The notes beneath the pieces are model-generated. The model was not told where the DNA came from, ran no database searches, and saw only the letters and a list, made by a program, of their open reading frames with translations. From Deltaproteobacteria bacterium (GTDB lineage Bacteria; CG2-30-53-67), in the NCBI GenBank assembly GCA_013151235.1, contig JAADIO010000002.1, forward strand, positions 1 through 64,000: a stretch of DNA of 64,000 nucleotides, read 5' to 3'. Within the stretch, counting starts at the first letter, position 1. Every line of letters starts with the position of its first letter. Position numbers and translations under genes: made by a program. This document shows positions 60,440 to 64,000 of this stretch, piece by piece.

Positions 60440-62881
60440 ATGGAACAGAAAGGTATCGTCCTTCCCGTCAATATCGAAGAGACCATGAAACGGTCCTATC
60501 TTGATTATTCGATGAGCGTCATCGTCGGCCGGGCCCTCCCCGATGTGCGGGATGGTCTCAAACCGGTCCACCGGCGGATCCTCTATGCCATGTTCCGGGA
60601 AGGGCTCCTTTCCAATAAAAAATATTCCAAATCGGCCGGAGTGGTCGGGGAGGTGCTGAAGAAGTTTCATCCCCATGGTGATTCCGCTGTCTATGACAGT
60701 CTGGTCCGGATGGCCCAGGAGTGGAATCTCCGCTATCCGCTGATCGACGGACAGGGAAATTTCGGGTCCGTCGATGGGGATTCGGCCGCCGCCTACCGTT
60801 ATACGGAGGCACGTCTGACGAAGATTGCCGAGGAGATGCTGGCCGACATTGACAAGGAAACCATTAATTACACGCCGAATTTTGACGGCTCCGTCGACGA
60901 ACCTTCCGTCCTGCCGACCCGTATTCCCAACCTCCTGATCAACGGATCGGCGGGAATTGCCGTGGGGATGGCCACCAACATTCCGCCCCACAATCTCGGG
61001 GAAATCATTGCGGGTCTGATGTTGCTGATCGATAAACCGGATGCTTCCCTGGAGGAGATCCTCGCCGTTATCCCGGGGCCGGATTTTCCCACGGGCGGGT
61101 TCATCCTCGGCTGGGAGGGGATTCGTCAAGCCTACACCACGGGACGGGGAAAAGTGCTTCTGCAGGCCCGGACCCTTGTGGAAAAAGGGGCGCGCAAGGG
61201 GGCAAAAGACGCTATCATCGTGACGGAGATTCCCTACAGCGTGAACAAGTCGAGGCTTTTGGAAGAAATTGCACGGCTGGTGCAGAGCAGGAAGATTGAA
61301 GGGATTACCGACCTGCGGGATGAATCGGACCGGGAGGGGATCCGGATCGTCATGGAACTGCGCAAAAACGAGATCGCCGAGGTTGTTTTGAACCAGCTCT
61401 TTAAACACACCTCGCTTCGCACGACCTTCGGGATCATCCTGCTTTCTCTGATCCACAATGAACCGAAGATCCTGGGGATTCGAGAGATCCTGCGTCATTT
61501 TCTCGACCATCGCAAAGAGGTTGTCACCCGCCGGAGTCTTTTCGATCTCAGGAAGGCCGAGGCCCGCGCGCACCTCCTCGAAGGATTCAAGATCGCCCTG
61601 GACAACCTGGATGCCGTGATCAAGCTGATCAAGGGCTCCCGGGATCCCGAGACGGCCCGGACGGGCCTGATGAAAAAATTCAAGTTGACGGTGGAACAGG
61701 CCCGGGCGATCCTCGAGATGCGTCTTCAGCGCCTGACCGGCCTTGAGCGGGACAAGATTCTTTCCGACCTGAAAGAGACCCGTACCCTGATCAAAAAACT
61801 GAAGTTTATCCTGGAACATGAGGATGAAATCCTGAAGATAATCCAAAGGGAATTAGCAGAAATCCGGGATCGATACAACGATCCGAGACGCAGTGAAATC
61901 ATTGCCCGGTCGGCCGAGCTTCGGGTGGAAGATCTGATCGCGGAAGAGGAGATGGTGATTACCATCTCCCACTCCGGTTATATCAAGCGGAATGCCGTCA
62001 GTCTTTACCGCGCGCAACAACGGGGCGGCCGGGGCGTCACCGGTATGGGGACCAAGGATGAGGATTTTGTGGAGCGCCTTTTTGTGGCGCAAACCCATGA
62101 TTTTATCCTCTTTTTCACCAACATGGGGAAGGTCTACTGGTTAAAGGTACACGAGATTCCCCAGGCGGGTCGGGCCGCCCGGGGGAAGGCAATCGTCAAC
62201 CTGCTGCAGATCTCATCCGCAGAGACCATTACCGCCACCCTGCCGGTAAGGGAATTTGATGAAAGCAAATACATCATCATGGCTACCCGCCGGGGGATCG
62301 TTAAAAAGACCTCTCTCGCGGCTTACAGTCATCCCAGGACGACCGGGATCATGGCTCTCTCCCTCGATGCCGGTGACCAGTTGATTCGGGTCGGCATTAC
62401 CAACGGGGATCATGACATCCTCCTGGGGACCCGTGACGGGATGGCCATCCGATTCCATGAAACCGAAGTACGCCCCATGGGGCGGGTTTCCCGCGGGGTC
62501 AAAGGGATCTCCATGCGGAAAGAGGATGAAGTGATGGGCATGGAGGTGGTCAATCCAGGCGAAACCCTGCTCACGGTCACGGAGAACGGATTCGGAAAAC
62601 GTACGAAGATCTCCGAATATCCCGTCCAGGGACGCGGCGGCAAAGGGGTGATCACCATCAAAACCACGGAACGCAACGGCGAAGTGATCAACGTCCGGCA
62701 GGTCTCCGACGAAGACGACCTGATGATCATCACCCGCAAAGGGCAGATCATCCGGATGAAGATCGCCGGAGTCTCGGTGATCGGACGGAATACCCAGGGT
62801 GTCAAATTGATCGGTATTGAAGCAGGAGACAAAGTCACCGGTGTGGCCACCCTTGCAGAAAAGGAAAGTGAAGAGGAATGA
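60440..62881 (+). CDS. gyrA: DNA gyrase subunit A
   Basis: [28 protein letters not shown], GyrA-box QQRGGRG. Confidence 0.98.
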   Translation: MEQKGIVLPVNIEETMKRSYLDYSMSVIVGRALPDVRDGLKPVHRRILYAMFREGLLSNKKYSKSAGVVGEVLKKFHPHGDSAVYDSLVRMAQEWNLRYPLIDGQGNFGSVDGDSAAAYRYTEARLTKIAEEMLADIDKETINYTPNFDGSVDEPSVLPTRIPNLLINGSAGIAVGMATNIPPHNLGEIIAGLMLLIDKPDASLEEILAVIPGPDFPTGGFILGWEGIRQAYTTGRGKVLLQARTLVEKGARKGAKDAIIVTEIPYSVNKSRLLEEIARLVQSRKIEGITDLRDESDREGIRIVMELRKNEIAEVVLNQLFKHTSLRTTFGIILLSLIHNEPKILGIREILRHFLDHRKEVVTRRSLFDLRKAEARAHLLEGFKIALDNLDAVIKLIKGSRDPETARTGLMKKFKLTVEQARAILEMRLQRLTGLERDKILSDLKETRTLIKKLKFILEHEDEILKIIQRELAEIRDRYNDPRRSEIIARSAELRVEDLIAEEEMVITISHSGYIKRNAVSLYRAQQRGGRGVTGMGTKDEDFVERLFVAQTHDFILFFTNMGKVYWLKVHEIPQAGRAARGKAIVNLLQISSAETITATLPVREFDESKYIIMATRRGIVKKTSLAAYSHPRTTGIMALSLDAGDQLIRVGITNGDHDILLGTRDGMAIRFHETEVRPMGRVSRGVKGISMRKEDEVMGMEVVNPGETLLTVTENGFGKRTKISEYPVQGRGGKGVITIKTTERNGEVINVRQVSDEDDLMIITRKGQIIRMKIAGVSVIGRNTQGVKLIGIEAGDKVTGVATLAEKESEEE

Positions 62882-63695
62882 TCGCCCGGGAATCCTCCGG
62901 TGTCTGTTCATACTCCTTCTTTTGAGTCTTGCCGCCTGCCGGAATGATCCGTCGGAGCAACTGCTCCTCAAGGCCGGAGATGCCTTGCGGGAAGGGCGGG
63001 TGGAAGAAGCACTCTCCGACTACACTCAGGCGGTCTCACGTGATCCCCATACGGAAACTGCACAGGAAGCGAATTACCGGATCGGAGAGATCTACCGTCT
63101 TTTTAAGAACCAGCCGGAAGAGGCGATCGGATTTTTCCGGAAAGCCGCCGACGACGGAAGACTCTCCCGGTATGGAGAAAAGGCGCAAAAGAACATTGCG
63201 GAGATTTATCAGCAGGAATTCAAGGATTACAAAAAGGCCATTCCGGAATTACAGCGCCTCATCGACCGTTTCCCCGCCTCACAGTCGGCCGCAGAGGCGC
63301 AGTACCGAATCGGCCAGAGTTATATGGCGCTGAAACAGTATGATCAGGCCCGCATTGAATATTCCCGGCTGCTTGACCGCTACGGCAGCAGCGAATATCG
63401 GGATGACGGTGCCTACCGGATCGGCGTTGCCTATGAGCGGGAAGGTGATTTCAAAGCCGCCCGGCGGGCATATGAAAGTTTTCTCACCCACTATCCGGAC
63501 AGTCCCCTCGTGCCGAATGTACGCCTTGGACTGGCCAATATTCTGGAGGAATTAGGGGAAATTGACGGGGCACTGAAACAGCTTACCTTACTGGAAAAGA
63601 ACTATCCCAACCAGGAAGTGATCCTGAGAAAGCTTGATGCATTGCTGAAAAAGAAGAATACCGGTAAGACCGTGGGTTTTTCCGAAAAGAAATGA
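62868..63695 (+). CDS. TPR-repeat lipoprotein (BamD/YfiO/CpoB-like)
   Basis: Lipobox LLSLAAC; repeated A.Y.IG..Y.......A...Y..L...YP.S TPR units. Confidence 0.8.
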   Translation: MKRNDRPGILRCLFILLLLSLAACRNDPSEQLLLKAGDALREGRVEEALSDYTQAVSRDPHTETAQEANYRIGEIYRLFKNQPEEAIGFFRKAADDGRLSRYGEKAQKNIAEIYQQEFKDYKKAIPELQRLIDRFPASQSAAEAQYRIGQSYMALKQYDQARIEYSRLLDRYGSSEYRDDGAYRIGVAYEREGDFKAARRAYESFLTHYPDSPLVPNVRLGLANILEELGEIDGALKQLTLLEKNYPNQEVILRKLDALLKKKNTGKTVGFSEKK

Positions 63696-63865
63696 TCTTC
63701 ATCCCCTCTCGGGGGAAACCGTTTGACTTCCTCCGGACGGAATGATAATTTATCCGCTCCATTTTTACGGAGGAGAGGGCGCTTTTCACGTGATTTCCTC
63801 TTCCGGCAAGTTCGCCGGAGGCGGAACGGGCGGATTTCCGGAAGACAGACCGTGGATTTTGGACT

Positions 63866-64000
63866 ATGTTTGATGCAAAATTTGTACGAAACAACATCCA
63901 GGTCTTGGAGCGGATGACCGTCGAGAGAGGCGATCCGGTTTCTCTCGATGAGTTTGTACAGCTCGATGCCGAGAACCGGCATTTACGGACCCATCTGGAG
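63866..64000 (+). CDS. serS: Serine-tRNA ligase, N-terminal fragment (runs off the window)
   Basis: Not in the ORF track; ATG 63866 gives MFDAKFVRNNIQVLERMTVERGDPVSLDEFVQLDAENRHLRTHLE, resembling the SerRS N-terminal coiled-coil start (M.D...VR.N........RG....LD....LD...R). Confidence 0.75.
   Translation, partial: MFDAKFVRNNIQVLERMTVERGDPVSLDEFVQLDAENRHLRTHLE

Noticed and set aside
63602-63982. Minus-strand 126-aa ORF at the window end
   Set aside because: Antisense to the serS N-terminus, which is the better supported reading

Overview
The window is a core chromosomal segment spanning the replication origin of a GC-rich Gram-negative bacterium. Gene content (PEP-CTERM proteins, sigma-54 promoters, DUF39/NIL-ferredoxin, a deltaproteobacterial-style palindromic MITE) suggests Desulfobacterota/'Deltaproteobacteria'; this is an inference. 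Left part: glycosyltransferase, AbiEi/AbiEii type IV toxin-antitoxin pair, mobB, an orphan ParA and two PEP-CTERM genes under a sigma-54 promoter. Next is a Se/S cluster (tatA, selA, tatC, LysR, fdhD, facing rrf2-DUF39-cysK-NIL ferredoxin), then dksA, glnE, serC-like/serA/purA, a tRNA operon (Lys, Glu, Val, Asp) and priA. A MerR-FlhG/ExeA/degenerate bEBP/CheW module follows. Right part: ppiD, mreBCD-mrdA-rodA, the rpmH-rnpA-yidD-yidC-jag-mnmE-mnmG-rsmG-parA-parB-bactofilin block with two perfect parS sites, oriC, dnaA-dnaN-recF-gyrB-gyrA, a TPR lipoprotein and the start of serS. The most unusual features are in the tRNA operon. tRNA-Val and tRNA-Asp are each preceded by a remodelled tRNA-like copy, and tRNA-Asp is clamped by a 25-bp inverted repeat. 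All calls are by eye from sequence motifs; no database searches were run, and several start codons were moved to the RBS-supported codon.
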